Source: Anaerolineaceae bacterium UBA6133 (GTDB lineage Bacteria > Chloroflexota > Anaerolineae > Anaerolineales > Anaerolineaceae). From it: 64,000 nucleotides of DNA. Shown here in pieces: positions 17,511-27,899 of this stretch; the stretch's first letter is position 1; each line of letters begins with the position of its first letter. The notes beneath the pieces are model-generated. The model saw only the letters and a list, made by a program, of their open reading frames with translations, searched no databases and was not told where the DNA came from. The stretch is taken from contig DIVL01000028.1 of the NCBI GenBank assembly GCA_002435825.1, positions 4,985-68,984 of the forward strand. Reading direction: 5' to 3'. A program made the translations under genes and the position numbers.

Positions 17511-20036
17511 TTATAGCAGGTCAGATGGGTCAATCTGCACCTGCCAACCACGCAATGGCAGGGCATCCAGTAAAGGCATCGGATTTGGACCGCGCAGGAT
17601 GATCTGCCAGCGAAACTGCCCGCCGACTTTGCGATAATAGGCTGGCACCGGACCGATGAAGCTGGTTTGCCACATTTCCCGGTCAGAGATCTCAGCGCTC
17701 AGCAAATCTGCCATTCTCTGTGCATGGCTTTGCGCCCTGGTTTCGATAGAGTGGCGGTATTCCAGCCGGATCAAACGGGAATAAGGCGGATAGTTTAAAG
17801 CCCTGCGCAATTCAAGTTCCTGCTGGTAAAAACCCTCAAAATCGTGGCGTGAGGCAGCCTGGATCACGTAATTCTCAGGCTGATAGGTTTGCAGAACCAC
17901 CTGCCCGCCCAGGGGGCTCCTGCCTGCCCGACCAGCCACCTGGGTGAGCACCTGGAAGCTGCGCTCGGCGGCGCGATAATCGGGCAGATTCAGACCAACT
18001 TCCGCCAGCACGATCCCAACCAGCGTCACCAGCGGCAGGTCCAGACCCTTGGCGAGCATTTGCGTCCCGATCAGGACGTCCGCCCGGTGAGCGCTGAAAT
18101 GCGAGAGGATCAGTTCGTGCTCGCCCTTATGGCGTGTTGTGTCGGCATCCCAGCGTAAAAGACGCGCAGCGGGGAACTCCTTCTGAACCACTTCTTCGAG
18201 ACGTACCGTTCCCAAGCCAAGTTGGCGAATCTGGGTGCTGCCGCAATCCGGGCATTTTTTGGGCATCTGGCGGGTGTAACCACACAAATGACAGATCAAG
18301 CCCTGCCTCGCGCCGTGATAAACCAGGGGATGCTCGTCTCTTGGGCAGCGCAGCGTGTAGCCGCATTGGCGGCAAAAGACGTAGGTTGCCTTGCCGCGCC
18401 GGTTCAGGAACAGGATCGCCTGTTGACCAGCCTGCAGTGTCAGGGCAAGCTTATCGCGCAGGGTCTTGGAAAGCACGCTGCTGTTGCCAGCCCGAAGCTC
18501 CGCGCGCATATCCACTACGTTCACTTTGGGCAGCTCCAGCGTGATTAGTTCATCCGCCTTGCCTGGTTGAGAAACCTCCGCGCGATGCGCCAGAATGCGG
18601 TTGGGCAGGCTCAGCAGTTTTATTTCTCCCCGGCGGGCTTTGAAATACTGAGTTATGCGAGGGGTGGCACTACCCAGGATCAAATTAGCGCCGCTCAGCT
18701 TTGCCAGGCTTTCAGCTGTCTCCACGGCGTGGTAGAACGGTTCACGCTCGGTTTCATCATACGAGTCGTGGTCACATTCATCGATCGCTATCATGCCAAG
18801 GTTTGGCAGAGGCACAAACAAAGCGCTGCGTGAGCCGACGATCAGCTTCAGATCACCGCTGCGAGCTCTGCGCCAGGTGTCGTAGCGTTCGCCATCTGAG
18901 AGCTTGGAGTGGTACAGACCGACCTGGTTGGGAAAGCGTGCCATGAAGCGCCGCACGGTCTGGGGGGTCATGGCAATCTCCGGCACCATCATCAGCACCT
19001 GCTGCCCTTTTGCCAGCATTTCCGCTGCTGCCCGCATGTAAATCTCGGTCTTGCCTGAACCCGTGACGCCGTGCAGCAGGTAGGGCTTCTGGTCTGCCTG
19101 CCCCAATCCCGGCTGGATCTGCTGCCAGACTTTTTCCTGGTCCGTGGTGAGCGTGGGAATGACATCTGGTTTGACCTGGATTTCCTCCAGGGGGTCACGC
19201 CAGACCTCAGTTTCCTTGAAGTGCAGCAAACCGGCTTCAGCGAGGAACTTTAGATCGGCATACACAGCGCCTGTTTCGGCATAAATCCACGAGAAATCGA
19301 TTGGAAAGGATTCTCGTGAAAGTAATTCCAGAACCTTTTTTCGCCTTTGCTGAGTGGTGTCGTTTCGTCCGAGCTGCTCAAGGGTGAGAGCTTCAATGGC
19401 AGCAGGGGGTAAAGAGAGCGCGGCAGTGCGCAGCGTTTTTGGCGCTATGCCTGGCGGCGGCAGAATGTTGCCGGTGCGCACAAGCCCTGCTGAGCGCAAG
19501 CCCTCCAGGCTGCCGCGCCACTCTATCTCGCCAAAAGCCCGGTCCAGTTGCCTGCCGCGCAAGGGTCCGCGTTTTTTTAGCAGCTTCAGGAGGCGTTTTT
19601 GCACAGGCTTGAATACGCTCTCGTCGTATCCATCCTGTGCCGTGAGCGTGACGACGATGTCAGCCCGACGAGAGAAACCAACCGGGATCATCAGGTTTAT
19701 GCAGGCTCCGAGCGGTGCGTACCATGCCTCTGCCATCCACTTCGCCAAGTTCAACTGCGTTTCGGTCAACACGGTATCTTCGGATAAGACCGCCTGGATC
19801 GGCAGCAGCCCCTGCACATCGCTATCGTCCAGCAAACTCAGCACAACGCCCTGAACAACCTGCTTGCCAAAGGGCACTGCCACCAGGCAGCCAGGTTGAA
19901 GCGCCTCGCCAAGCTCTTCCGGAACCAGGTAGTGATAGCTTTTGTCGATCTGAGCCAGGTTGATGCTTACATCAGCGAAAGGTTTCAAGCGCAGCCTGCC
20001 ATCAGGGGGTGATGATAACCAGGAAATCGGCGGCAA
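17511..20036 (-). CDS. priA: Primosomal replication restart helicase PriA
   Basis: 841 aa with Walker A HGVTGSGKTEIY, IAIDECDHDSY, and the Cys-rich zinc region CRQCGYTLRCPRDEHPLVYH..ICHLCGYTRQMPKKCPDCGS. The start is uncertain: the track start is a TTG overlapping the upstream gene by 35 nt. Confidence 0.9.
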   Translation of the reverse strand: MPPISWLSSPPDGRLRLKPFADVSINLAQIDKSYHYLVPEELGEALQPGCLVAVPFGKQVVQGVVLSLLDDSDVQGLLPIQAVLSEDTVLTETQLNLAKWMAEAWYAPLGACINLMIPVGFSRRADIVVTLTAQDGYDESVFKPVQKRLLKLLKKRGPLRGRQLDRAFGEIEWRGSLEGLRSAGLVRTGNILPPPGIAPKTLRTAALSLPPAAIEALTLEQLGRNDTTQQRRKKVLELLSRESFPIDFSWIYAETGAVYADLKFLAEAGLLHFKETEVWRDPLEEIQVKPDVIPTLTTDQEKVWQQIQPGLGQADQKPYLLHGVTGSGKTEIYMRAAAEMLAKGQQVLMMVPEIAMTPQTVRRFMARFPNQVGLYHSKLSDGERYDTWRRARSGDLKLIVGSRSALFVPLPNLGMIAIDECDHDSYDETEREPFYHAVETAESLAKLSGANLILGSATPRITQYFKARRGEIKLLSLPNRILAHRAEVSQPGKADELITLELPKVNVVDMRAELRAGNSSVLSKTLRDKLALTLQAGQQAILFLNRRGKATYVFCRQCGYTLRCPRDEHPLVYHGARQGLICHLCGYTRQMPKKCPDCGSTQIRQLGLGTVRLEEVVQKEFPAARLLRWDADTTRHKGEHELILSHFSAHRADVLIGTQMLAKGLDLPLVTLVGIVLAEVGLNLPDYRAAERSFQVLTQVAGRAGRSPLGGQVVLQTYQPENYVIQAASRHDFEGFYQQELELRRALNYPPYSRLIRLEYRHSIETRAQSHAQRMADLLSAEISDREMWQTSFIGPVPAYYRKVGGQFRWQIILRGPNPMPLLDALPLRGWQVQIDPSDLL

Positions 20037-20985
20037 AGTACATCCGGTTGTACTGATTATTAGGGATATCCGTGTTGTTGACCAGGTAGTCCATCCAGAC
20101 GTTTGCCTGGGTGCTTTGACCGGTCATCTGGTCAAATTCGTTGAAGCTAAAGAAGGGTTGGAAGCGGGCTGCGGAAGCGCTGACCCGGTCCATATCGATG
20201 TAGATTTGAGTCCACCCATCCGGGTCAAGGATGACGGGATGGTCCGCCAACACGATCACCTGGTCGGGCAGGTTGTGCAAGGTTGTCTCAAAGTCCGGCA
20301 GGCGCACGGTCTCGAAGAGCGGCGCGCGCTGGTCCAGCGGCAGGCTCCAGTCCTGGTGTAACTTCCAGGGCTCAAATGGTTCGTCGGATTCTTGTGTTCG
20401 CAGGCTGATGTAGGAGGAACCATCCGCCGGCATACCTGCAATCGGAATGTTCTGCCCGTACAAACCCGTCAGCACAAGTTTGACTTCCAGGTTGGTCTGG
20501 TCAAAGACGTGTCTTACCCGCAGATAGTAAACGGTGACATCCTCGCCGAGAATCTTGACCGTTTCGCTGTGAATACCGCGATCCATGAGCTGAAAGCTAA
20601 CCATGGCGCTGAGGTTGCGCAAGCTGCCGTCCTCACGGTTGTCGCGTCGAGTGATGTAGTGATAGCCGAAGTCCACCGTTTGCTGACCGCCGGCAGTCAG
20701 GGGGAAAAGCGCTGCCAGGCGGGTGGGAATGGGGGTGGGTGTGGCAGTGTTTGTGGCGGTTGGGACGGGCGTTTCGGTTGCGGTCGCTGTAGCGGTGGGG
20801 GTCATTGTCACCGTGGGCAACTGGGTTGGCGTTTGCGAGGGAGTGGGCGTGATGCTGGCCGTTGGTAGAACGGTGGGCAAGGCGGTTGGTCTGCCCTGAA
20901 GCGGTTTCTGGCATGCAGCCAGGTTGAGCGCGACCATAAGAAGCACCACTGAGCTCGCGAGGACTCTCCAGGAGCGTTTAATCAT
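20002..20985 (-). CDS. Hypothetical lipoprotein with a Thr/Pro-rich linker
   Basis: Signal peptide with lipobox (LAAC), a long TPT-rich linker and a globular C-terminal domain of about 230 aa with no motif I recognise. Confidence 0.6.
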   Translation of the reverse strand: MIKRSWRVLASSVVLLMVALNLAACQKPLQGRPTALPTVLPTASITPTPSQTPTQLPTVTMTPTATATATETPVPTATNTATPTPIPTRLAALFPLTAGGQQTVDFGYHYITRRDNREDGSLRNLSAMVSFQLMDRGIHSETVKILGEDVTVYYLRVRHVFDQTNLEVKLVLTGLYGQNIPIAGMPADGSSYISLRTQESDEPFEPWKLHQDWSLPLDQRAPLFETVRLPDFETTLHNLPDQVIVLADHPVILDPDGWTQIYIDMDRVSASAARFQPFFSFNEFDQMTGQSTQANVWMDYLVNNTDIPNNQYNRMYFAADFLVIITP

Positions 20986-21859
20986 GTGTCGCTGCCTTTC
21001 CGGTGGAAATTACAGCCGAAAGGTAACCCACTACGCTGCTTCTATCTCCCGTTACAGCCGCGGAAGTGCGGTAGTCGGCGATAGTCACCTGGTCTGCCCC
21101 TAAAAGCTTAGAGGTTTGCAGCACGGCTGCCATTGGCGCCAGACCACAGGCTTCCATCTCGCCGCGTTGTTTGTGTTGATAAAAGGCATTCAGATCGAAT
21201 TCCTGCACTGCCTGGGCGAGATTCCCATCCAGGCGGTTAGCCACTCGTTCGGAGTAAAAATGCGATAGATCACTCGAGCCCACCAAAAGGGTACTTTCCT
21301 CCTGCGGGAAGCTCTGGATCAGTTTGACCAGGGCGTTTGAAAGCGGGCGCACCATTGCCGCGGACTGGTCCACCATCATCAGCGGAATAAGACTGAAACC
21401 TCCCGGCAGAGTTGTCTGCAGAAACGGCAATTCAATCTCGAGGGAATGTTCCTGATCTCTCCGCACCGAGGCAAGCTCAAAGCCGCTATCTTTTCTTAGA
21501 TATGTGTCAAATTTCCCGAGGGCTTCGCGATCGACTGGCACAAGCCCGAGCGGCGTCGCGTAGGCGTCGTGGGCTGTGGTCAACAGGGGCTGGCGGTAAG
21601 GCTGGTGGGAAGGGGAGAGGACAATCACACGCGCAAATTGTCTGCTCTGAAGCGCTTTGAAAGCATGCGCGGCAGTCAGACCGGAATAGATGTAACCAGC
21701 ATGGGGCACGATCAAACCCACCGGCTGTCCCTCAAAAACAGGCAGGACAGCTTCTTCCAGAAAGCCTTCGATCATGCTGCGCAATACCTCCGGTTTAGCG
21801 GGGTACCAGCTGCCGGCGATAGGCGAAGGGCGTGGGTCACTTAGCTCTGCGGGATCCAT
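20978..21859 (-). CDS. MEMO1-family protein (AmmeMemoRadiSam system protein B-like)
   Basis: PIAGSWYP...IVPHAGYIYSG...VLSPSH...GSSDLSHF blocks characteristic of the Memo/AmmeMemoRadiSam B family. Confidence 0.8.
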   Translation of the reverse strand: MDPAELSDPRPSPIAGSWYPAKPEVLRSMIEGFLEEAVLPVFEGQPVGLIVPHAGYIYSGLTAAHAFKALQSRQFARVIVLSPSHQPYRQPLLTTAHDAYATPLGLVPVDREALGKFDTYLRKDSGFELASVRRDQEHSLEIELPFLQTTLPGGFSLIPLMMVDQSAAMVRPLSNALVKLIQSFPQEESTLLVGSSDLSHFYSERVANRLDGNLAQAVQEFDLNAFYQHKQRGEMEACGLAPMAAVLQTSKLLGADQVTIADYRTSAAVTGDRSSVVGYLSAVISTGKAATHD

Positions 21860-21994
21860 GTCTTAATTGTAGCACGCTCGAGGTAAGCAGAGCAGGTTGT
21901 GAGGAACAAAAAACCCCACGTTTCAACATGGGGTCTCTGTTTGAGTTTGGATTTCTGAGGACTTTCACCTCGTGGTTTGTTGGGAAAAGGCTGC

Positions 21995-22456
21995 TTATTC
22001 CTTTGCGGCACGGTATTCCAGCAGGGTCCGGTTGAAATACTGGTTGTAGTCACTCCATAACCTCACCAGCTGTTCCAATTCTCCTTCAGAATGTTCCTCC
22101 AAAAAGTTTTTGAACGATGCTTTGATGCTGTCCACAACTCCCTGGATAACTTTGTGACCCTCTTCGGTCAAGGAGATGGTCCATTCCCGGCGATCCTCCA
22201 TATTACGCTCACGCTGCAGCAAGGAGTCACGTTCGAGTGCCTGGCAAACGCGGCTGAGATTGCCCGGGTTCATTCCCATGATCTCCGCCAGATCGCTCAA
22301 TCTGACTCTCTCCTGGATGAAGATTTGCAGCAGGGTGCGACCTTGCAGTCGGGATAGTTTACTTTGCGAGCTAAACTCAGTCATCATGAATTCTGTATTG
22401 ACTGATGCGTCCCGCAGCAGGTCCCAGATACGGAGGCTAAGATCTTTTTGTTCCAT
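21995..22456 (-). CDS. MarR-family transcriptional regulator
   Basis: 153 aa with a winged-HTH pattern (LSRLQGRTLLQIFIQERVRLSDLAEIMGMNPGNLSRVCQALERDSLLQRERNMEDRRE). Confidence 0.8.
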   Translation of the reverse strand: MEQKDLSLRIWDLLRDASVNTEFMMTEFSSQSKLSRLQGRTLLQIFIQERVRLSDLAEIMGMNPGNLSRVCQALERDSLLQRERNMEDRREWTISLTEEGHKVIQGVVDSIKASFKNFLEEHSEGELEQLVRLWSDYNQYFNRTLLEYRAAKE

Positions 22457-22550
22457 AATTCTCCTCTTTATTGTCTATTACTCTTATTTTAGATCACAAT
22501 TATATGCAAAACATAATAAAATTGTTGAATTAGTACAATGATTGTGAGAA

Positions 22551-23399
22551 TCAGGGAAGTGAGCTTGCTTTGGCTCGGATCAAAAGGAAGCCAGCCGTAC
22601 CGGTCATGCCGAGCTCTTTCCGCAGCTGGTCATTGGTGAGCTCTGAAAACAGCCCCACAGCGGCACGCCGCGGGTCGTAGAGCAGTTCCTCCTGGATCAC
22701 AAAACCTTCACCTTTGTTGATGTTGGTCACGCTATACGCCCTGCCGCGTTCGTCCACCCTTGTTACCACCAGCATATGGTCGAAGCCGTCATATTTGGAA
22801 ATACCCTTGCGAACAAACAGGTAGAGCCAGTCTCCCGGTTGGAGCGGATTCTTAGCCCAATCATAGCTGCCGATGCTTTCGTCTATGCGGATATAGTCGT
22901 AATCTGAGCGTGGAAAGAAGTATTGATCCAGTATGTCAAGTCCGTGGCACTCCGGGATATCTTCACGAGGGCAAAGCAGCCACATCTCGTGAGGGTTTGC
23001 ATCCTCAGGTAAATAGTTGCCATCCCGCAGTATCGCAACCGTCAGCGGACCACAGGCGTTATCGGCTGATTCATGTGGTCCGGAGGCAAAGTTAATTTCA
23101 CGCGCAACCAAATCAGCTTTTTCAGCCGTATCTGCCAGGTAGTGGAGACTTGCTTCATAGAGCCCGGCTTCGCGCTGCTGGTTGAGCGATAGCGTTGGGG
23201 TTGGGGGTACAGGCGTTGCGCTGGGGAGCGGCGTGCATGTGCTGGTAGGGGTGGGCGTTGGGCTTGCTGTCGGCGTTGGGCTTGGGGTTTTGGTTGCTGG
23301 CGGCAATGAGGCGGTCGGGCTTGGCGTATTTGCGTTCACCGCGCAGGCGGATAGCACAAGCAGGCAGAGCAGCAGCAAGAGCAGGTTCCTAGAACTCAT
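22551..23399 (-). CDS. Secreted lipoprotein, possible papain-like cysteine peptidase domain
   Basis: Lipobox (LSAC), a PT-rich linker, then DNACGPLTVAIL (candidate nucleophile Cys) and a later DHMLVVTRVD (candidate His). The assignment is tentative. Confidence 0.4.
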   Translation of the reverse strand: MSSRNLLLLLLCLLVLSACAVNANTPSPTASLPPATKTPSPTPTASPTPTPTSTCTPLPSATPVPPTPTLSLNQQREAGLYEASLHYLADTAEKADLVAREINFASGPHESADNACGPLTVAILRDGNYLPEDANPHEMWLLCPREDIPECHGLDILDQYFFPRSDYDYIRIDESIGSYDWAKNPLQPGDWLYLFVRKGISKYDGFDHMLVVTRVDERGRAYSVTNINKGEGFVIQEELLYDPRRAAVGLFSELTNDQLRKELGMTGTAGFLLIRAKASSLP

Positions 23400-24601
23400 T
23401 GCAGAAAATCCCAGGGGTTCACGCGTCCATATTCATCGCTGCGCAGCTCAAAATGCAGGTGCACGCCGTCAGCTTCGCCAGTGTCCCCCATGCTGCCAAG
23501 CACATCTCCGGCATAAACTTCCTGTCCGCAGACCACTTCCACCGTTGCCAGGTGTCCGTAAAGCGATTGCCAGCCAAAACCGTGATCCACGACCACCATA
23601 TTCCCATAGCCCCAATCATTCCAGCCGGCATAGACCACAACGCCGTTATCGACCGTCTTTATGGGATCACCCATTTCCCCACCAAGATCAATGCCAAGAT
23701 GATTTGCCGATGGGGCATAATCATAACCGGATAGTGTGTGGCCTTCGACCGGCCAGCGGAAGTTGAGCGTTCCGACCACCCCGTCGTAGCTTTCAGTGCA
23801 TGCTCCGGGTCCCACGTTGAGCGCCGTTGCCGGATCTTCGCGGGTGATGCGTGGCGTGCGCCAATCGGTAAATTCCCCCTTGCCACCTGGCACCACCAAC
23901 ATGGTACCCGGGGTGATGTTCGGGGAGGCATAATCACCCAATGTGGAAACCGCAAGATGATTCCCGGGGTAATTAACGATCTCATCCGGAGAAACCTTGT
24001 AAAATTCAGCCACGCCATTCAATCCCTCACCAGCACTCCAACGGTGCAGAGTGCCGTCCACCGGCGAGATCAGCAATTGCTGACCTGGGTAGATGAAGTG
24101 TGGGTCATCTCCAAGAATGTACCGGTTGCTCCAGAGGATGGTTTCTGGCTGGAGGTTGAAGCGCTGCGCGACTGAGAAAAGATTGTCACCTGCCTGGACG
24201 GTGTAGTTGATAATTTCCGTACGCGCGCGCATTGGCAGCACTGTATCCAGGTTCACATCCCGCCTTATCGCGTCGCTTTCCACTGCCGGTTCTGCGACCT
24301 GCGCAAGGGTCATTTCCGCATCCGATGGTGCTGACTGCGTCGCCGCAACCGCTTTCACTTCCGCGGCTCTTTGACCCTCAATGCTGACGTAGTACCGGCT
24401 CATCACCCAAACCACCAGCGCCATCATTGCCACCGTGGCAGCCAATGTCAGACCGCGCATAACGGCGGGTTCAAGCCCCAAACGCCGTATCCGCTCCCAA
24501 AAATCTTGTTTTTCGATTGAGTTGGTTTGCGTTGATTTCTCAGTTGCGTTTCCTGCCGGAAGATTGGGATCTGCCAGATGGGAAGGGTTCTTTTGTTCCA
24601 T
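23396..24601 (-). CDS. LysM-domain M23 family metallopeptidase
   Basis: TM anchor, LysM (YTVQAGDNLFSVAQRFNLQPETILWSN), and M23 motifs HLGIDLGG and GDTGEADGVHLHFELR. Confidence 0.9.
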   Translation of the reverse strand: MEQKNPSHLADPNLPAGNATEKSTQTNSIEKQDFWERIRRLGLEPAVMRGLTLAATVAMMALVVWVMSRYYVSIEGQRAAEVKAVAATQSAPSDAEMTLAQVAEPAVESDAIRRDVNLDTVLPMRARTEIINYTVQAGDNLFSVAQRFNLQPETILWSNRYILGDDPHFIYPGQQLLISPVDGTLHRWSAGEGLNGVAEFYKVSPDEIVNYPGNHLAVSTLGDYASPNITPGTMLVVPGGKGEFTDWRTPRITREDPATALNVGPGACTESYDGVVGTLNFRWPVEGHTLSGYDYAPSANHLGIDLGGEMGDPIKTVDNGVVVYAGWNDWGYGNMVVVDHGFGWQSLYGHLATVEVVCGQEVYAGDVLGSMGDTGEADGVHLHFELRSDEYGRVNPWDFLQ

Positions 24602-24651
24602 GTCTCGATGATATCACGAGTCTTATAAGCCTGTTTGTCGTGAATAGGGCT

Positions 24652-25896
24652 TCATTTTAAGCCGGGTGTTTGCCCATTCTCCAGGCGCGCTGTCAGCTCC
24701 AGGCGCAACGCTTCTGGATCTGCCCGGTCGATCGTGACGCTGCTTAACCCCTGCCAGTTTGCGTAAGATCGCAAGGTTTTTGCCAGGGCTTTGGTCAGGC
24801 CCGCGCTTACGCGAACGCCCGGCGCCAAATAGAGACTGATCACCTGAAGGCGTCCCTCTTTGCGCCAGGCTTTTGCATCCAGCCTGCCGATGAGCTGCCC
24901 TCGGTGCAATATGGGGAGGACAAAGTAACCAAATTTGCGTTTGGGGGCGGGAGTGTAACACCCGATCGAATAATCGAAATCAAACAAATCTCTTGCACGA
25001 CCACGATCGCTCACCAGTGGGTCGAAAGGGGAAAGGATGGTCGTGTGGGTTGCCCGCAGTTGACCTGCCAGCGCTGCTTCAATGAGGGGCTGGTTTTGGG
25101 CATGGATAAAGAATGGACCGCCTTTGACTCCTTCGATCTGGACGGGAAAAATTACGCCTTCAGCCAGGAGTTGTTCGATCGCCGCAGCAGTCTCAGTCTT
25201 TTTCTGATAGAAATAACTCGCAGACCAGGTAAGACTGGCAATACCCAGTGCCTTGATTGCCTTACGAGTCAGCTCCAGAACAGCCGCGGGATAAGCGGGC
25301 GTTTGGGTGTCATCCCAAGCAGGCAAGACGCGTTCACGCAGGTCGTAGACCCGCTGAAAACTTTCACGCCTGGCAATCATGAGATCCCCGCGGTAATAGA
25401 GATGTTCAAGCGCGACCTTCTCCACCTTCCAGTCCCACCATGTGCCGTGCGATTGCTTGCTTTTAAAATCCGAGGAACGCACTGCGCCGTTCTCATGGAT
25501 GTGATTCAGGATCTCGTCCAGTATAGCGGCGTTCTCATTACCCCAACTCTGAATGTTGCTCCAACCGATGAATTTTTCCAGCATGAGAGCACGGAATAGC
25601 GGGTAATCCTCGATTGGCAGCAGGCAGACCGCATGGGAGAAGTATTCAAATAGCTGCCCTTCGGCATGCAGCTCCTCGAGCCAGTTGGTTGCGTAATTGC
25701 CAAGGCGCGACCAGAGGATGTGCTGGTGGGCGCGCGCTACCACACTGATCGTATCAATTTGCAGATTGTGGATCTGGCGAATGGCAGTCAGAAGATCTTC
25801 CTTGCCAGCTTTATAGCGAGGTGAAGCGCTCAAGCCAAGGCTCGCCAGCATCACCTGCTGAGCCTGCTGTTTGGTTAGTACAAACTCCTGTTCCAC
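24652..25896 (-). CDS. YcaQ/AlkZ-like winged-helix DNA glycosylase family protein (DUF1006)
   Basis: 414 aa with the pattern typical of the family and the catalytic-type motif HNLQIDTISVV (Q-hydrophobic-D, as in YcaQ). Confidence 0.7.
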   Translation of the reverse strand: MEQEFVLTKQQAQQVMLASLGLSASPRYKAGKEDLLTAIRQIHNLQIDTISVVARAHQHILWSRLGNYATNWLEELHAEGQLFEYFSHAVCLLPIEDYPLFRALMLEKFIGWSNIQSWGNENAAILDEILNHIHENGAVRSSDFKSKQSHGTWWDWKVEKVALEHLYYRGDLMIARRESFQRVYDLRERVLPAWDDTQTPAYPAAVLELTRKAIKALGIASLTWSASYFYQKKTETAAAIEQLLAEGVIFPVQIEGVKGGPFFIHAQNQPLIEAALAGQLRATHTTILSPFDPLVSDRGRARDLFDFDYSIGCYTPAPKRKFGYFVLPILHRGQLIGRLDAKAWRKEGRLQVISLYLAPGVRVSAGLTKALAKTLRSYANWQGLSSVTIDRADPEALRLELTARLENGQTPGLK

Positions 25897-26015
25897 GGCT
25901 GTGATTTTATCTTAAGCAGTGCACATTTTGGCCGGATTGTGCATTCCGATCCGGCTTACACGATATTAACCATATGGCGGATCGTGGTCTTCGATCCGGC
26001 ATAAAATCTTACATA

Positions 26016-26564
26016 TCAATATCGTTCAATGTGTTGCACAAACGCGTCCACGATGGATTGCGCAAACTTTTGGGTGCTTTCAGAGGTGAATCCACCTTTC
26101 CCATCCAAAAGCTCAGCAATTTTGGAGAAATATGCCTCCGGTTGCTGCAGCACTGGCATGTTCACGAAGGTAAGAATCTGGCGCAGGTGATGGTTTGCAC
26201 CAAAGGCGCCCAACAATCCCGGGGAATTGCTGACGATTGCGGTGGGCTTGCCATTCCAGGCAGACTGACCATAAGGGCGTGAGCCAACATCCAGCGCATT
26301 TTTCAAAGCAGCGGGTATGGAGCGGTTATGCTCGGGGGTGACGAAAAGCACGGCATCCGACTCGCTGATCTTATTCCGAAAGGTAATATAGGACTCAGGT
26401 GTTGCTTCAGAGTCGGAATCCTGGTTGTAAAGGGGTAAATCACCGATCTCGACTATTTCTGTCGTGTATCCTTCAGGGAAAAGTGGCTGCAAGGCTTGTG
26501 CGAGTTGCGTGCTGTAACCATTTTTCCGTATGCTTCCACTGATAATTGCGATTTTCTTGCTCAT
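26016..26564 (-). CDS. NADPH-dependent FMN reductase family protein
   Basis: MSKKIAIISGSIRKNGYS N-terminus and the VTPEHNRSIPAALKNALD block. Confidence 0.85.
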   Translation of the reverse strand: MSKKIAIISGSIRKNGYSTQLAQALQPLFPEGYTTEIVEIGDLPLYNQDSDSEATPESYITFRNKISESDAVLFVTPEHNRSIPAALKNALDVGSRPYGQSAWNGKPTAIVSNSPGLLGAFGANHHLRQILTFVNMPVLQQPEAYFSKIAELLDGKGGFTSESTQKFAQSIVDAFVQHIERY

Positions 26565-26676
26565 AACTGAACTCCCTGTAATGTTTTCAATAAATATCGC
26601 TTACTGAGGAGCATTTGTCAAGATTTAGTCAAACCTTCTCAAAAGGTTAATAAAATTCTAACAGTTGAATCGGATA

Positions 26677-27072
26677 TCAGTTTCTGATGGTCAGGGCGAG
26701 CAGAGGCTGGTCTGCAAATCGTAAGCTGAGCGAGCCGGCTTTTAGAAAATGTTCGCGATGAGGACCGCGCATTAAATAATCCTGGATGAGCCCGATCACA
26801 TAGGTTTGGATCAATTCAGGGGTTTTGTTTTTTCCACGTTTTTCAAAAAGCATTTTATGTTTGGCTACAGCTACAGCTTGGCTTAGGTCCATGATTTGGG
26901 CGGGATCACTAAAAGCCAGCAGCGAGAGACTCCAGTGACCTCTATCAGGTTCACGAATCAGGAACTGATAAGCGCCAAGTGCCACCATTGAGTCATACGT
27001 GAAGGCTTCATCGAGCCAATAAGCAAAGATAGCGTAAGTGCGTTTGCGGCGGATGTTTTCGAGAAAACCCAT
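26677..27072 (-). CDS. Hypothetical protein
   Basis: 131-aa ORF starting 2 bp downstream of the CDGSH gene stop. I recognise no motif. Confidence 0.5.
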   Translation of the reverse strand: MGFLENIRRKRTYAIFAYWLDEAFTYDSMVALGAYQFLIREPDRGHWSLSLLAFSDPAQIMDLSQAVAVAKHKMLFEKRGKNKTPELIQTYVIGLIQDYLMRGPHREHFLKAGSLSLRFADQPLLALTIRN

Positions 27073-27074
27073 GA

Positions 27075-27824
27075 TTAATATTTGTTCAGACGAGCCTGAC
27101 GGCGCAGGGCAGCCTCCTGAGTCAGGCGATGGGTGCCATCGCAGAGGGGTTTGTTGCGCGACTCACCACAAGTGCAGAGAGTTACACGGTTGAGGGGCAG
27201 GAATGGCACGCCGTCGAAGCGCTCGATAGGCAAATAGCCCATCACAAATATCGGTGCCCGGATCGGTCCATAGGAGGTGATTTCAATTGTTTCGGCGATC
27301 TGCATCGGAAGATCCGGTTCCATATCATGATCGGGGTCTTGCGGCAGGCGGTAGGTGAGTGAACTTGATGGGCAGTCATGCACCATCTTGATGGCGCGGT
27401 CGCGCTTGGCTGGGTCAATCGAACCGTAGGTGAGCTCTGACACGGATGTGTCGCGCAAAACGCAGAAGCCGGACTGCATGCACAGCGAAGCGTCTTTTTT
27501 GACGGTCAGACCTGGTCCGCGATACGTAAAAACGCGCAAAGAAGCTCGGTCAGTTCGGGCGGTTTCGGTTCCGTCGAAACCCTGTGTGTGGCTGCCATCG
27601 CAGAATGGGTAAGTGGAAGATTTACCGCAGCGGCAAAGGAGATAGGAGTCGCTATCCGGGGTTTGGTCGCCGAGGAATTTCCACTCGAGCGGCTCACCAT
27701 ACTCAGAACAAACCTGTGTGAGTTTGATGAACGGGACTCTGCCCTCGACCTTGTAAGGTCCGTTTTTCCTGATTGTGATTTTTTGGGTAATTTCGGTTTC
27801 GCTTTCGCCCATGGCAGCCTCCAC
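27075..27824 (-). CDS. CDGSH-type iron-sulfur domain protein (two CDGSH motifs)
   Basis: CRCGKSSTYPFCDGSH and CTCGESRNKPLCDGTH. Confidence 0.85.
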   Translation of the reverse strand: MEAAMGESETEITQKITIRKNGPYKVEGRVPFIKLTQVCSEYGEPLEWKFLGDQTPDSDSYLLCRCGKSSTYPFCDGSHTQGFDGTETARTDRASLRVFTYRGPGLTVKKDASLCMQSGFCVLRDTSVSELTYGSIDPAKRDRAIKMVHDCPSSSLTYRLPQDPDHDMEPDLPMQIAETIEITSYGPIRAPIFVMGYLPIERFDGVPFLPLNRVTLCTCGESRNKPLCDGTHRLTQEAALRRQARLNKY

Positions 27825-27899
27825 GCAGGCTAATTATACAGGATGGATTGAGAACTGGGGATATGCTTCTCTCAAGCTGACTACCACTATTCTACCAAA

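Noticed and set aside
24652-25896. The YcaQ-like glycosylase and the Mpg glycosylase (40382-41002) as parts of a repair island linked to the AT-rich operon
   Set aside because: They are more than 13 kb from each other and from the operon. They have native-looking composition and unrelated neighbours. They are ordinary dispersed repair genes.
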